A DNA stretch of 64,000 bases from Tepidisphaera sp. (GCA_050916045.1 CP051526.1:3487015-3551014), one strand, 5' to 3'; shown: positions 52,643 through 61,890, numbered from the stretch's first letter. Notes: a model not told the origin generated them from the sequence alone. A program made the numbers and translations.

Positions 52643-54472
52643 TCACTCCACCGTGACGCTCTTGGCGAGGTTCCGCGGCTTGTCGACGTCGTGGCCGCGG
52701 AAGACGGCGGCGTGGTAGGCCATGAGTTGGAGGGGGATCACGGCAAGCATGGGGCTGAGGGGTTCGGGGATGTCGGGGATGTAGAGGACATCCTCGGCAT
52801 ACTTCTTGATCTGGTCGTCGCCTTCGGTGGCGACGGCGATGACGTGGCCGCCGCGGCTCTTGACTTCCTGGATGTTGGACATCACCTTCTCGTACTGGCG
52901 GCCTCGGTTGGCGATGAAGACGGCGGGCATGCCTTCGTTGATGAGGGCGATGGGGCCGTGCTTCATCTCAGCCGCGGGCATGCCCTCGGCGTGGATGTAC
53001 GAGATTTCCTTGAGCTTGAGGGCGCCTTCGAGAGCGGTCGGGTAGTTGTATCCGCGGCCGAGAAAGAGCCAGTTTTCGCGGTGGCAGTACTTCTCGGTGA
53101 CTTCCTTGATCCGCTTGTCCTGCTCGAGGATGCGTTCGATCTTGCCCGGGATGCTCTGCATCTGCTGAAGCATTTCGGCGCACTGGTCGGCGGACATGTA
53201 CCGGCGGCGGGCAAGGTAGAGAGCGATGAGCGTGAGGACGGCGACTTGGCCGGTGAAAGCTTTGGTTGACGCGACGCCGATCTCGGGGCCGACGCGGAGG
53301 TAGACACCTGCGTCGGTCTCGCGGCTGATGGTCGAACCGACGACGTTGATGACGCCGAGGGAGAGGGCTCCGCGGTCCTTGGCTTCGTGGAGAGCGGCGA
53401 GGGTGTCGGCGGTCTCGCCGGACTGGCTCACGGCGATCGCGACGGTGTTTTCCTCGATGATCGGGTTACGGTAGCGGAACTCGCTGGCGTACTCGGCGAC
53501 GGCGGGGACCTTGACGAGGTCTTCGAGAAGGTATTCGCCGATCATGGCGGCGTGGAGTGCCGTGCCTTGACCGAGAAGGACGACCTTGCGGGCTTTGGTC
53601 AGTTCCTTCGCGAACGCCGAGACGCCGCCCAGAACGACCTTGCCGTCGCGGTCGTCGATGCGGCCGCGGAAGCAGTTGGTGAGCGACTTGGGCTGCTCGA
53701 AGATCTCCTTGCGCATGAAGTGCGAGTAGCCGCCGAGCTCGATCTCCTGAAGCTCGAGCTCAAGCTGCATGATCTTGGGCGTGACGGGGGAGTTGTTGAT
53801 GTCGGAGGTCTTGAAACCCTGCCGCGTGATCTTGACCACGTTGTAGTCGTCGAGGCTGAACGCTTGCGTCGTGTGGGCGACGATCGCGGAGGGGTCGGAA
53901 GCGACGATGTACTCGCCGTTGCCGACGCCGACCATAAGCGGCGAACCCTTGCGGGCGACGACGAGCGTGCCGGGCTCCTTGGCGCAGATCACGGCGATGG
54001 CGTAGGCGCCCGTGACCTCACGGAGAGCCGCTTGCACGGCGGTCTCGAGGTCGCCCTCGTAAAGCTCGCTGACGAGCATCGAGATCACCTCGGTGTCGGT
54101 CTGCGAGGAGAAGGTGTGGCCACGTTCCTCAAGCCATGTCTTGACAGCCGCGTAGTTCTCGATGATGCCGTTGTGGATAACGGCGATCCCGTGGCGGTCA
54201 TCCTGATGCGGGTGGGCGTTGAGCTCGGTCACGCCGCCGTGCGTCGCCCAGCGCGTGTGAGCGATGCCGATCGTGCCGCGGAGGCCGCCCATGTTCTCGA
54301 GGCGATCCTCAACATTGCTGACCCGCCCCACCGCCCGAACCACGTGCAAGCCGTCGTCCTCGAGGGTCGCCACGCCCGCGGAGTCGTAGCCGCGGTACTC
54401 AAGCCGCTTGAGACCCTCGATCAGGATGTTCTGGGCGGGCTTGTTCCCGATATACGCGACGATTCCACACAT
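52643..54472 (-). CDS. glmS: glutamine--fructose-6-phosphate aminotransferase (isomerizing)
   Basis: Track ORF 52643..55267 trimmed to the ATG at 54472, giving the canonical MCGIVAYIG N-terminus with the catalytic Cys2. It is 609 aa with two SIS domains and the C-terminal PRNLAKSVTVE. Confidence 0.92.
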   Translation of the reverse strand: MCGIVAYIGNKPAQNILIEGLKRLEYRGYDSAGVATLEDDGLHVVRAVGRVSNVEDRLENMGGLRGTIGIAHTRWATHGGVTELNAHPHQDDRHGIAVIHNGIIENYAAVKTWLEERGHTFSSQTDTEVISMLVSELYEGDLETAVQAALREVTGAYAIAVICAKEPGTLVVARKGSPLMVGVGNGEYIVASDPSAIVAHTTQAFSLDDYNVVKITRQGFKTSDINNSPVTPKIMQLELELQEIELGGYSHFMRKEIFEQPKSLTNCFRGRIDDRDGKVVLGGVSAFAKELTKARKVVLLGQGTALHAAMIGEYLLEDLVKVPAVAEYASEFRYRNPIIEENTVAIAVSQSGETADTLAALHEAKDRGALSLGVINVVGSTISRETDAGVYLRVGPEIGVASTKAFTGQVAVLTLIALYLARRRYMSADQCAEMLQQMQSIPGKIERILEQDKRIKEVTEKYCHRENWLFLGRGYNYPTALEGALKLKEISYIHAEGMPAAEMKHGPIALINEGMPAVFIANRGRQYEKVMSNIQEVKSRGGHVIAVATEGDDQIKKYAEDVLYIPDIPEPLSPMLAVIPLQLMAYHAAVFRGHDVDKPRNLAKSVTVE

Positions 54473-54691
54473 GGGCTCAGGTTCCTCTCGCTGGTCTTCC
54501 GGGGCATGGTAGTGGCGTCCGGAGGGGGCCCGCTGCTTGGGGTCCCCTGCATACTCATCGGCCCGACCGGGGGTTCGTTCCTCCCGCGAGTGAACAGGAC
54601 CGGCTCGGGCTGGCAGGATGCACCGGTCGCGTGTATCGTCTGGAGTCCGATAGCCGATTGCGGCCCGGGCCAAGCCCCATGGAGGTGAAGC

Positions 54692-55684
54692 GTGGCCAAG
54701 AAACCAGCGAAGACCGCGAGCAAGAAACAGGCTCGCCCCAGCGCTCCCGCCCAAGGCGGATCCGCTTCCCCCGCGAAGAAGCCTGCCCAAGGCGGCAAAG
54801 CCACTCCCAAAGCCGCTCAGAAAGCCAGCGACAAGGGCAAGCCTCAAACCCAAGCCGCCAAGACGAAGAAAGCGCCCCCCGCAGCCAAGGCCAAAGCGAG
54901 CAAACCGGCTTCGCCCGCGAAGAACGCCAAAGCGGAGAAGCCAAGCACGGGGGCCAAACCGGCCGCTCCGGAAAAACCGCCGGGCAAGGTCGCTTCCCGT
55001 CGCAGCAAGACCGCTCAACCCGCCGCTCTTGATCCCGGCGGACGCCCTGCTTCCAAACCCCACGTTCATCCCGCGGGCGAAGAACCGCAGGCTCTCCCCG
55101 GACGCCCCCGAAAGGACTCCGCCGGCCCCACGCACAACGGGGTCGGTGACGCCGCCGTCCGCAAAGCAACCGGGCAGGGCTGGAATGAGTGGTTCAAGAT
55201 CCTGGACGACGCCGGAGCGGCGTTGATGGAGCACGCCGCGATCGCGACGCTTCTCGGCGAAACCCACAGCGTCCCCGAGTGGTGGTCACAGACGATCACC
55301 GTCGGGTATGAACAGGCTCGCGGACTCCGGCGGAAGAACGAAGCGGCAGACGGATTCCAAGCCGGCGTCAGCAAGACCATCAACGCGGCGACCGCGAAGC
55401 TCTACCGCGCGTGGGAGGACGAAGCGACGCGGACGAGATGGATGGGCGACCACAAGGTCGAGATCCGCGTCGCGAACACGGATAAGAACATCCGGATGAC
55501 CTGGCTGGTCCAAGGGCCCGACGAGGGGAGCAGCGTCGAGGTGTACTTCTGGCCCAAGGACGCGAACAAGTGTCTTGTGCAGGTGCAGCAGCGCAAGCTT
55601 GCGGATGCGGAAGCGGTGCAGCGGGTTCGGGCGTTCTGGTCGGTCAAGCTTGAGAATCTCCGCGCGGCGATGGAGAAAGCCTGA
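54692..55684 (+). CDS. three-part protein: Lys/Ala/Pro-rich histone-H1-like N-terminus, DUF4287-like segment, SRPBCC/AHSA1-like C-terminus
   Basis: 330-aa ORF with a GTG start. It begins MAKKPAKTASKKQARPSAPAQGGSASPAKKPAQGGKATPKAAQK.... A GWNEWFKILDDAGA...EWWSQTITVGYEQARG segment is DUF4287-like from memory. The C-terminal beta-rich part is AKLYRAWEDE...VEVYFWPKD. Confidence 0.65.
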   Translation: MAKKPAKTASKKQARPSAPAQGGSASPAKKPAQGGKATPKAAQKASDKGKPQTQAAKTKKAPPAAKAKASKPASPAKNAKAEKPSTGAKPAAPEKPPGKVASRRSKTAQPAALDPGGRPASKPHVHPAGEEPQALPGRPRKDSAGPTHNGVGDAAVRKATGQGWNEWFKILDDAGAALMEHAAIATLLGETHSVPEWWSQTITVGYEQARGLRRKNEAADGFQAGVSKTINAATAKLYRAWEDEATRTRWMGDHKVEIRVANTDKNIRMTWLVQGPDEGSSVEVYFWPKDANKCLVQVQQRKLADAEAVQRVRAFWSVKLENLRAAMEKA

Positions 55685-55832
55685 GGCTTGCGGGATCCGA
55701 TGGCGGACGCGGCCGGCTTCCTGGGGCTTGGAAAGCGGCAAGTTCGCACATCGGTGTGCCACGGCGAGCGGATTCAGGCGATTCTTGCGCCAACGAACGT
55801 GTGGATGTCAACGCGGCGAGGGCACGGTCGTC

Positions 55833-55861
55833 TTGACAGCGTGCGAGCGGCGCGGTAGGTT
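55833..55861 (+). promoter_or_regulatory. candidate sigma-70-type promoter for the metalloprotease-like gene
   Basis: TTGACA (55833-55838), a 17-nt spacer, then TAGGTT (55856-55861). It lies about 100 nt upstream of the ATG at 55962. Confidence 0.4.
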
Positions 55862-55961
55862 GTCGCTTCGGGCCTGGTCGGCCTGCGGCTTTCATGCGTG
55901 CCATTCGTCACGCGCCCTGGGTCGGCTGCTTCGTGTGGTAGGCCTGTCTTGGAGTTTCGAC

Positions 55962-57140
55962 ATGCAACGGAATCGTGGAACTCGTCGAGCGGCGGTGGGC
56001 TTGTCGATGGGCGCGGTCGCGCTCGCGCTGACGGCGGCGTGCGGCACGGCGTCGGCCCAGGTGCTGGGCCATGTGGAAGCGGCAAAGCCGGCGCGGTACA
56101 TCGTGGACACGGGCGAGCGGCTCGCGGTGCTTCCCAATGGTGATCTCGAAGCGATGCAGACGCAGCAGATCTGGAAGCCCGTCTGCTCGAATCGCGCGGC
56201 GATGACCGAAGCGGACCTGCGGGCGATGGCGGCTTCGCACGAAGCGGCATTCGCGGACCCGTCAGCGGTGATCATCGTGGATGACCCCTTCGCCAGCCGC
56301 GCGGGCTTGGACATCGTGTTCGTGCTCGGTGCGGGCGTGCCCGCCGCGGCGATCCCGGCCTTTGCCGCGGCTGAAGCGTATTTGCAGAGCCAGTTCACGG
56401 GCGACACGATGACGGTGACAATCCCGGTGAGCTTTGCGGCGCTTTCGCCGGGCGTGATCGGCGGGACCGGGAGCAGTTACGGGTCGCTGACATGGGCGAG
56501 CACGCGTTCCACGCTTGTCACCGGCATGGACGCTTCGGACACGATCCAATCCTCGCTTCCGACGGCGTCGCTGCCGGTGCGGTACAACACGGGTTCGACG
56601 ACCAGCGAGAACCGCTGCTTCTGGACGTTCGCGAACTTCAAAGCCAACGGCGGAGCGGTGACGGGCAACGACGCGACGATGCAGTACTCGACGGCGTTCC
56701 CGTTTGATTACGACCCTTCCAACGGTGTGACGGCGAACACGATCTCGCTTCAGGACGTGATCATCCACGAAACCGGGCACGCTCTGGGATTCACGAGCGG
56801 GATCGATTTCCGGGCCAACGACATCGAGGTGATCGACATCTTCCGGTTCCGCCGGACGGATGGATCGAGCGACTTCAACCCGGATACGGCGGCGGAGTTC
56901 ACGACCCGCCCGCGCTGGTGCGTCTTCAACAACCCGAACGATGATCAGAACTTCGACATCATCTCGGGTACGGAGTACAGGCTTTCTGATGGATCGCCGT
57001 GGCAGGCGAGCCATTTCCGCGAACAGGTTCCGGCGATCGGGATCATGGACCCGGCGTTCAGCTACGGGGAGACGTTCTATCCGACGTTCCTCCGGACGAG
57101 CGACCTGACGGTCTTTGATGCGATCGGCTACAACCGCTGA
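55962..57140 (+). CDS. secreted HExxH zinc-metalloprotease-like protein
   Basis: In-frame ATG at 55962 within track ORF 55575..57140. The signal peptide is MQRNRGTRRAAVGLSMGAVALALTAACGTASAQ. The single HExxH motif sits in VIIHETGHALGFTSGIDF. No PEP-CTERM or dockerin tail is present. Confidence 0.55.
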   Translation: MQRNRGTRRAAVGLSMGAVALALTAACGTASAQVLGHVEAAKPARYIVDTGERLAVLPNGDLEAMQTQQIWKPVCSNRAAMTEADLRAMAASHEAAFADPSAVIIVDDPFASRAGLDIVFVLGAGVPAAAIPAFAAAEAYLQSQFTGDTMTVTIPVSFAALSPGVIGGTGSSYGSLTWASTRSTLVTGMDASDTIQSSLPTASLPVRYNTGSTTSENRCFWTFANFKANGGAVTGNDATMQYSTAFPFDYDPSNGVTANTISLQDVIIHETGHALGFTSGIDFRANDIEVIDIFRFRRTDGSSDFNPDTAAEFTTRPRWCVFNNPNDDQNFDIISGTEYRLSDGSPWQASHFREQVPAIGIMDPAFSYGETFYPTFLRTSDLTVFDAIGYNR

Positions 57141-57156
57141 GACTCTCTCCCCTTCA

Positions 57157-57190
57157 CAGGCCGGGCTTCGACAAGGGGCCCGACCTGTTT
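57157..57190 (+). terminator. possible terminator hairpin after the metalloprotease-like gene
   Basis: caggccgggc (57157-57166) pairs with gcccgacctg (57178-57187) with one mismatch and an 11-nt loop. It is followed by tttcgcgttt. Confidence 0.35.
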
Positions 57191-57297
57191 CGCGTTTCGG
57201 TGGACGCATGGATCGCGTTTCATAGGCGGAATTGAAGGATTGCTCACGGACGCGCAGCAGCGGCGGGTGTACTGTCCGAGCATCCAAGGAGCCATCC

Positions 57298-58356
57298 ATG
57301 CCCACCAAAGCTGCGGCGTACGCCGCGCAGACCGCGACCAGCCCTCTCGCCCACGCCAGCATCGACCGCCGCGACGTCGGGCCGCACGACGTGCAGATCG
57401 ACATTCTGTTCTGCGGTGTTTGCCACTCGGACCTGCACACCGCTCGCGGCGAGTGGCAGGGCGTCGTGCATCCGGTCGTCCCCGGCCATGAGATCGTCGG
57501 CCGGGTGACGAAGGTCGGTGCCGAAGTGAAGAAGGTCAAGGTCGGGGACATGGGCGCTGTCGGCTGCATGGTGGATTCGTGCGGGTCGTGCCCCAGCTGT
57601 GCCCGGAGCGAAGAGATCTACTGCGACAAGGGCGATGTGACCTTCACGTACAACAGCCCGGACAAGCATCTGCCGGGAAAGATGACGTACGGCGGGTATT
57701 CGAAGTCGATCGTCGTCACCGAGCGGTTCGTCTGCCGCGTTCCGGCGGGGATGGATCTGGCGGCGACGGCTCCGCTTCTGTGCGCGGGCATCACGACCTA
57801 CTCGCCACTCAAGCACTGGGGCGCGGGACCGGGCAAGAAGGTGGGTATCGTCGGGCTGGGGGGCCTGGGGCACATGGGCGTGAAGTTCGCCCACGCGTTC
57901 GGGGCGCACACCGTGCTTTTCACCACCTCTCCGAGCAAGATCGAGGACGGCAAGCGTCTGGGCGCGGACGAGGTGGTCGTGTCGAAGAACCAGGCGGAGA
58001 TGGACAAGCACGTCGCGAGCTTTGACTTCATCCTCAACACCGTGGCGGTGTCGCACAACCTGGACGCGTTCGTCAACCTGCTGAACACCAACGGGACCAT
58101 GTGTCTCGTGGGGGCTCCGGCGACGCCGCACCCATCGCCGGCGATCTTCCCCCTGCTGATGAAGCGGCGGAGCATCGCGGGCTCGGCGATCGGCGGGATC
58201 AAGGAAACGCAGGAGATGCTCGAATTCTGCGCCAAGAAGAAGATCGTGAGCGACATCGAGATCATCCCGATCCAGAAGATCAACGAAGCCTACGAGCGGA
58301 TGCTCAAGAGCGACGTCAAATACCGGTTCGTGATCGACATGGCGTCGCTGTCGTGA
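57298..58356 (+). CDS. zinc-dependent NAD(P) alcohol dehydrogenase (cinnamyl alcohol dehydrogenase-like)
   Basis: In-frame ATG at 57298, preceded by aaggag. Motifs are GVCHSDLH, GHEIVG, the structural-zinc cluster CGSCPSCARSEEIYC, and GLGGLGHMG. Confidence 0.88.
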   Translation: MPTKAAAYAAQTATSPLAHASIDRRDVGPHDVQIDILFCGVCHSDLHTARGEWQGVVHPVVPGHEIVGRVTKVGAEVKKVKVGDMGAVGCMVDSCGSCPSCARSEEIYCDKGDVTFTYNSPDKHLPGKMTYGGYSKSIVVTERFVCRVPAGMDLAATAPLLCAGITTYSPLKHWGAGPGKKVGIVGLGGLGHMGVKFAHAFGAHTVLFTTSPSKIEDGKRLGADEVVVSKNQAEMDKHVASFDFILNTVAVSHNLDAFVNLLNTNGTMCLVGAPATPHPSPAIFPLLMKRRSIAGSAIGGIKETQEMLEFCAKKKIVSDIEIIPIQKINEAYERMLKSDVKYRFVIDMASLS

Positions 58357-58403
58357 GATCCCACACCTCCGGGTGAACGACCCATCAAGTCCCCCGAATC
58401 CGC

Positions 58404-58441
58404 GGTCCGCGCTCCCTGCGAGCGCGGACCCGGTTGTTTTT
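58404..58441 (+). terminator. rho-independent terminator of the alcohol dehydrogenase gene
   Basis: 10-bp stem: ggtccgcgct (58404-58413), loop ccctgcg, agcgcggacc (58421-58430). ggttgttttt follows. Its position argues against the 58434 start of the next track ORF. Confidence 0.65.
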
Positions 58442-58535
58442 CGGCCGATGCGGCGATGTTTCATGTCATGCGCCCGGCCCTGTCGGTTATCATGCCAGCG
58501 AGGTCTCCTTGCGGGAGCTCTCGGAGGATTTGTTC

Positions 58536-61500
58536 ATGCGTCAGCACTCGGGTCGTTCGGTCGTGATGTTGTGGCTTGCGTCGGGCGCATGGTGCGGCAC
58601 CGTGCTGGCGAATGACCCGCCGGCGACGCCGATCATCACCGAGCCTCAGATCGGGCGGCTGATCAACGCGGCGGACTGCCACATGGAGTGCGAGCCGTTC
58701 TTCGACCCCGACGCCGGCGACACGCACCGGTGCACGGACTGGGAAATCTGGACAGTGTCCCCGTCGCAGCGGGTCTGGTTCACGGCGTGCATTGCAGGGG
58801 TGGAGCGCGTGCACACGCACCTGGGAGATGGCACCTTCGAAGGGTCGCACGCGGGCCGCCGCGAGCTCATCCCCGAGCGGCAGTACGTCCTGCGTGTCCG
58901 TCACCGCGACTCGAGCAACGATCCGGCGACGGAGTGGAGCGCGTACGGCGAGCGGGCTTTCACGACCGGGCCGCAGAGCCGGATCTTCCCGCTCGAGACC
59001 GACGACATCGTCGAGTCTCCCGCGCTGCGGTGGGTGACGCTGACGAACGCGCCGGTGGACCTTCCGCATTCGCTCACGCCGCCGAGCTTGCGGATCGAAT
59101 CGGGAACGGGCGAACTGCTGATGGAATTCATCGGCGACATGGGCCCGGGAAACATGATCATGGATGCGCCGTCGCTGGCGGCGCACACGCCGCTTCGGTT
59201 CCGACTGAGCGCGGGGAGCTTGTCCGGGCCGCTGACGCTGCCGGAAAGCAACCTGACGATCACGACGCATACCGGCAGCGAGCACACGGTGTACCTGCCG
59301 GCGATCAATCTCTCGGCGGGGCAGCCGGACCTCACGTTCTGGGCGTCCGACGCGGGGTCGACGTACATCGCGGCTCCTGAAGAAACCGAGCCGAACTTCT
59401 CGACGCTCGCCCGGGGCAATCCGGTTCCGTGGGCGGTGCGGCAGCGCGGGTATCGCGTCGAGACGGTGGCTTCGGGGTTCCAGCTTCCGGTCAACATCGC
59501 GTTCGTGCCCAATCCGGGGACGCTTCCGAACTCGCCGTTCTACTACGTGACGGAGCTTTACGGCGCGATCAAGGTCGTGACGCGTGACGGCACGGTGCGG
59601 AACTACGCGAGCAACCTGCTGAACTTCAATCCGACGGGGAACTTCCCGGGATCGGGCGAGCAGGGTGTCGCGGGCATCGTCGTCGACCCGACCAACGGCG
59701 ACGTGTACGCCACGATGCTGTATTCCAGCGTTCCGGGGCAGGAAGCCGCTCCGCACTACCCGAAGGTCGTGCGATTCACGAGCACTGACGGTGGCCTGAC
59801 GGCGGCGACGCAGACGACGATCCTGGACATGGCGGGCGAGACGCAGGGGCAGTCTCACCAGATCTCGACGATCACGCTGGGGCCGGATCTGCGGCTTTAC
59901 GTTCACATGGGTGACGGTTTTGACGCGGCGCGGTCGACGGACCTGACGTCGTTCCGGGGAAAGATCCTGCGGATGCTCAGGTCCGGAGCGGCGGCGACGG
60001 ACAACCCGTTCTACAACGCGGCTGATGGGATCACCGCCCGCGACTACATCTTCTCGCTGGGGGTTCGTAACCCCTTCGGCGGCACGTGGCGTCTGTCGGA
60101 TCAGTCGCTCTACACCGTGGAAAACGGCCCGTCGGTGGACCGTCTGGCCCGCATCGTGCGCGGACGGAACTTCGGGTACAACGGCTCGGACGCGAGCATG
60201 TCGAACTTCGCGACGTACAACTGGGTCCCCTCGTCGGGCCCGGTCAACATCGCGTTCACCGAGACCGCGCGGTTCGGCGGAAGCGGGTTCCCCGCGAGCA
60301 AGATGAACCGCGCGTGGGTGACGGAATCGGGCGCGACCTGGGGCACCGGCCCGCAGACCATCGGCAAGAAGATCACCGAGTTCGCGATCGACGCCAACGG
60401 CGTCCTCGTCTCGGGTCCCACGCCACTGATCGAGTACGTCGGTTCGGGGAAAGCAACCGTCGCAGCCCTCGCGGCCGGGCCGGACGGGCTCTATTTCAGC
60501 GATCTCTACAAGGACAACGACTACACCTCGCCGATTGATCGCGGAGCACAGATCCTGCGGGTGCGGTTCGTGGGCGACGCCGACTTCACGGCCGACGTGA
60601 CTCGCGGCGGAGCCCCGCTCACCGTGACCTTCACCGACGCTTCCACCGTGCCGGGGATCACCTCGCGTCTGTGGGAGTTCGGGGACGGGTTCACGAGCAC
60701 GCTTGCCAACCCGGTCCACACCTACTCGGACGACGGGGCGTACACCGTGCGTCTGACGGTCACGGGCTCGACGGGAGCGTCGGTGCTCGAACGTCCGTCG
60801 TACATCCGCGTGGGCACCGTGCCGCGCGTGGCTTTCATCGGCGGCGGCCTGCCGCCCATCGGCGCTGACGGCGAGGTCATCGAGCACCTCGAGGACATGG
60901 GGTACGAAGTGACCGCTCTGGACGACGAAGCCGCCAACCGTCCCTCGGCGGCGCAGATCGCTTCGAGCTTCGACGCGGTCGTCGTCTCCTCGACGATCAC
61001 CTCGGGCAACATCGCGGGCGAGTTCCGCACGGCGGCGATCCCGATGGTCTACTGGGAGAACGCGCTGCTCCGCACGGGCCGCGAGTCGCTGACGGACAAC
61101 GGCGTCGTGGTAAGCTCGACCACGCTCAACATCGTCAACAACAGCCACCCGATCACCGCGGGCTTCCCGCTCGGGGCCCTGCCGGTCTACCAGGCAAACA
61201 GCAGCACGAGCGTCGGCCTGGGCAATCTGGGCGCCGGCGTGCAGGTGCTCGCCCGCGTCAACGGGTCCAGCGACATCGCGCTGATGGCCGCTCCCGCGGG
61301 AGCCGCGGCCGCCGCAGGCTACACGACCCCGGCCCGGCGCGTCTTCCTGTTCCTTGAAGACTCAAGCTGGCTGAACTCCACCGCCGCGGCCCGTGAGTTG
61401 CTCGACCGGTCCCTGTGCTGGGCGATGAACATGGGCGGACCGACGATCAGCCAGCAGCCGCAGGACGCTCAGGGCTGCGTTGGAAGCTCGGTAACCTTCT

Positions 61501-61871
61501 CGGCGCGGGCGACCGGTCCGGGGCCGATCTCCTACGCGTGGCGTCACAACGGGATGTTCATCACCGGCGCGACAAGCCGCAACCTGACGCTCAACGACCT
61601 AGTCGCGGGCGACGCGGGGACCTACGACTGCGTCGTGACCAACACGTGCGGCAGCGTGACGACCGAGCAAGCCCTGCTCACCATCGGCAACTGCTGCCCG
61701 GCGGACTTCAACGATGACGGGTTCGTCGACTTCTTCGACTATGACGCGTACGTCGCGTGCTTCGAAGGCGCCGGATGCCCTCCGGGCCGGACCGCCGACA
61801 TGAACGGGGACGACTTCGTCGATTTCTTCGACTATGACGCGTACGTGGTGGCGTTCGAGGTCGGGTGCTGA
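58536..61871 (+). CDS. secreted multi-domain protein: unassigned N-domain, glucose/sorbosone dehydrogenase-like beta-propeller, PKD domain, alpha/beta module, Ig-like module and GC-terminated dockerin
   Basis: ATG at 58536 preceded by ggagga, with the signal-like MRQHSGRSVVMLWLASGAWCGTVLA. SGDH-like segments are GFQLPVNIAFVP, GIVVDPTNGDVYAT, HQISTITLGPD, GVRNPFG and ENGPSVDRLARIVRGRNFGY. The PKD domain reads FTDASTVPGITSRLWEFGDGFTSTLANPVHTYSDDGAYTVRLTVTG. The Ig-like module reads ISYAWRHNG...AGTYDCVVTN. The tail is CCPADFNDDGFVDFFDYDAYV...ADMNGDDFVDFFDYDAYVVAFEVGC-stop. Confidence 0.8.
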   Translation: MRQHSGRSVVMLWLASGAWCGTVLANDPPATPIITEPQIGRLINAADCHMECEPFFDPDAGDTHRCTDWEIWTVSPSQRVWFTACIAGVERVHTHLGDGTFEGSHAGRRELIPERQYVLRVRHRDSSNDPATEWSAYGERAFTTGPQSRIFPLETDDIVESPALRWVTLTNAPVDLPHSLTPPSLRIESGTGELLMEFIGDMGPGNMIMDAPSLAAHTPLRFRLSAGSLSGPLTLPESNLTITTHTGSEHTVYLPAINLSAGQPDLTFWASDAGSTYIAAPEETEPNFSTLARGNPVPWAVRQRGYRVETVASGFQLPVNIAFVPNPGTLPNSPFYYVTELYGAIKVVTRDGTVRNYASNLLNFNPTGNFPGSGEQGVAGIVVDPTNGDVYATMLYSSVPGQEAAPHYPKVVRFTSTDGGLTAATQTTILDMAGETQGQSHQISTITLGPDLRLYVHMGDGFDAARSTDLTSFRGKILRMLRSGAAATDNPFYNAADGITARDYIFSLGVRNPFGGTWRLSDQSLYTVENGPSVDRLARIVRGRNFGYNGSDASMSNFATYNWVPSSGPVNIAFTETARFGGSGFPASKMNRAWVTESGATWGTGPQTIGKKITEFAIDANGVLVSGPTPLIEYVGSGKATVAALAAGPDGLYFSDLYKDNDYTSPIDRGAQILRVRFVGDADFTADVTRGGAPLTVTFTDASTVPGITSRLWEFGDGFTSTLANPVHTYSDDGAYTVRLTVTGSTGASVLERPSYIRVGTVPRVAFIGGGLPPIGADGEVIEHLEDMGYEVTALDDEAANRPSAAQIASSFDAVVVSSTITSGNIAGEFRTAAIPMVYWENALLRTGRESLTDNGVVVSSTTLNIVNNSHPITAGFPLGALPVYQANSSTSVGLGNLGAGVQVLARVNGSSDIALMAAPAGAAAAAGYTTPARRVFLFLEDSSWLNSTAAARELLDRSLCWAMNMGGPTISQQPQDAQGCVGSSVTFSARATGPGPISYAWRHNGMFITGATSRNLTLNDLVAGDAGTYDCVVTNTCGSVTTEQALLTIGNCCPADFNDDGFVDFFDYDAYVACFEGAGCPPGRTADMNGDDFVDFFDYDAYVVAFEVGC

Positions 61872-61890
61872 ACACCCCGCTCCCGGCGGA

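Noticed and set aside
54473-54691. Possible glmS ribozyme in the glmS 5' region.
   Set aside because: I could not recognise the conserved glmS ribozyme core by eye. The element is, as far as I know, mainly found in Firmicutes and a few other groups. A covariance-model search (Rfam glmS) would settle it.
52643-55267. N-terminally over-extended track ORFs: glmS as 874 aa, 5673-7211, 7381-9504, 8550-9929, 29063-30166, 55575-57140 and 51325-52215.
   Set aside because: The canonical N-termini (for example MCGIVAYIG for GlmS) or signal peptides begin at internal start codons. The extensions overlap neighbouring genes on the other strand and have shadow-ORF composition. Coordinates were trimmed accordingly.
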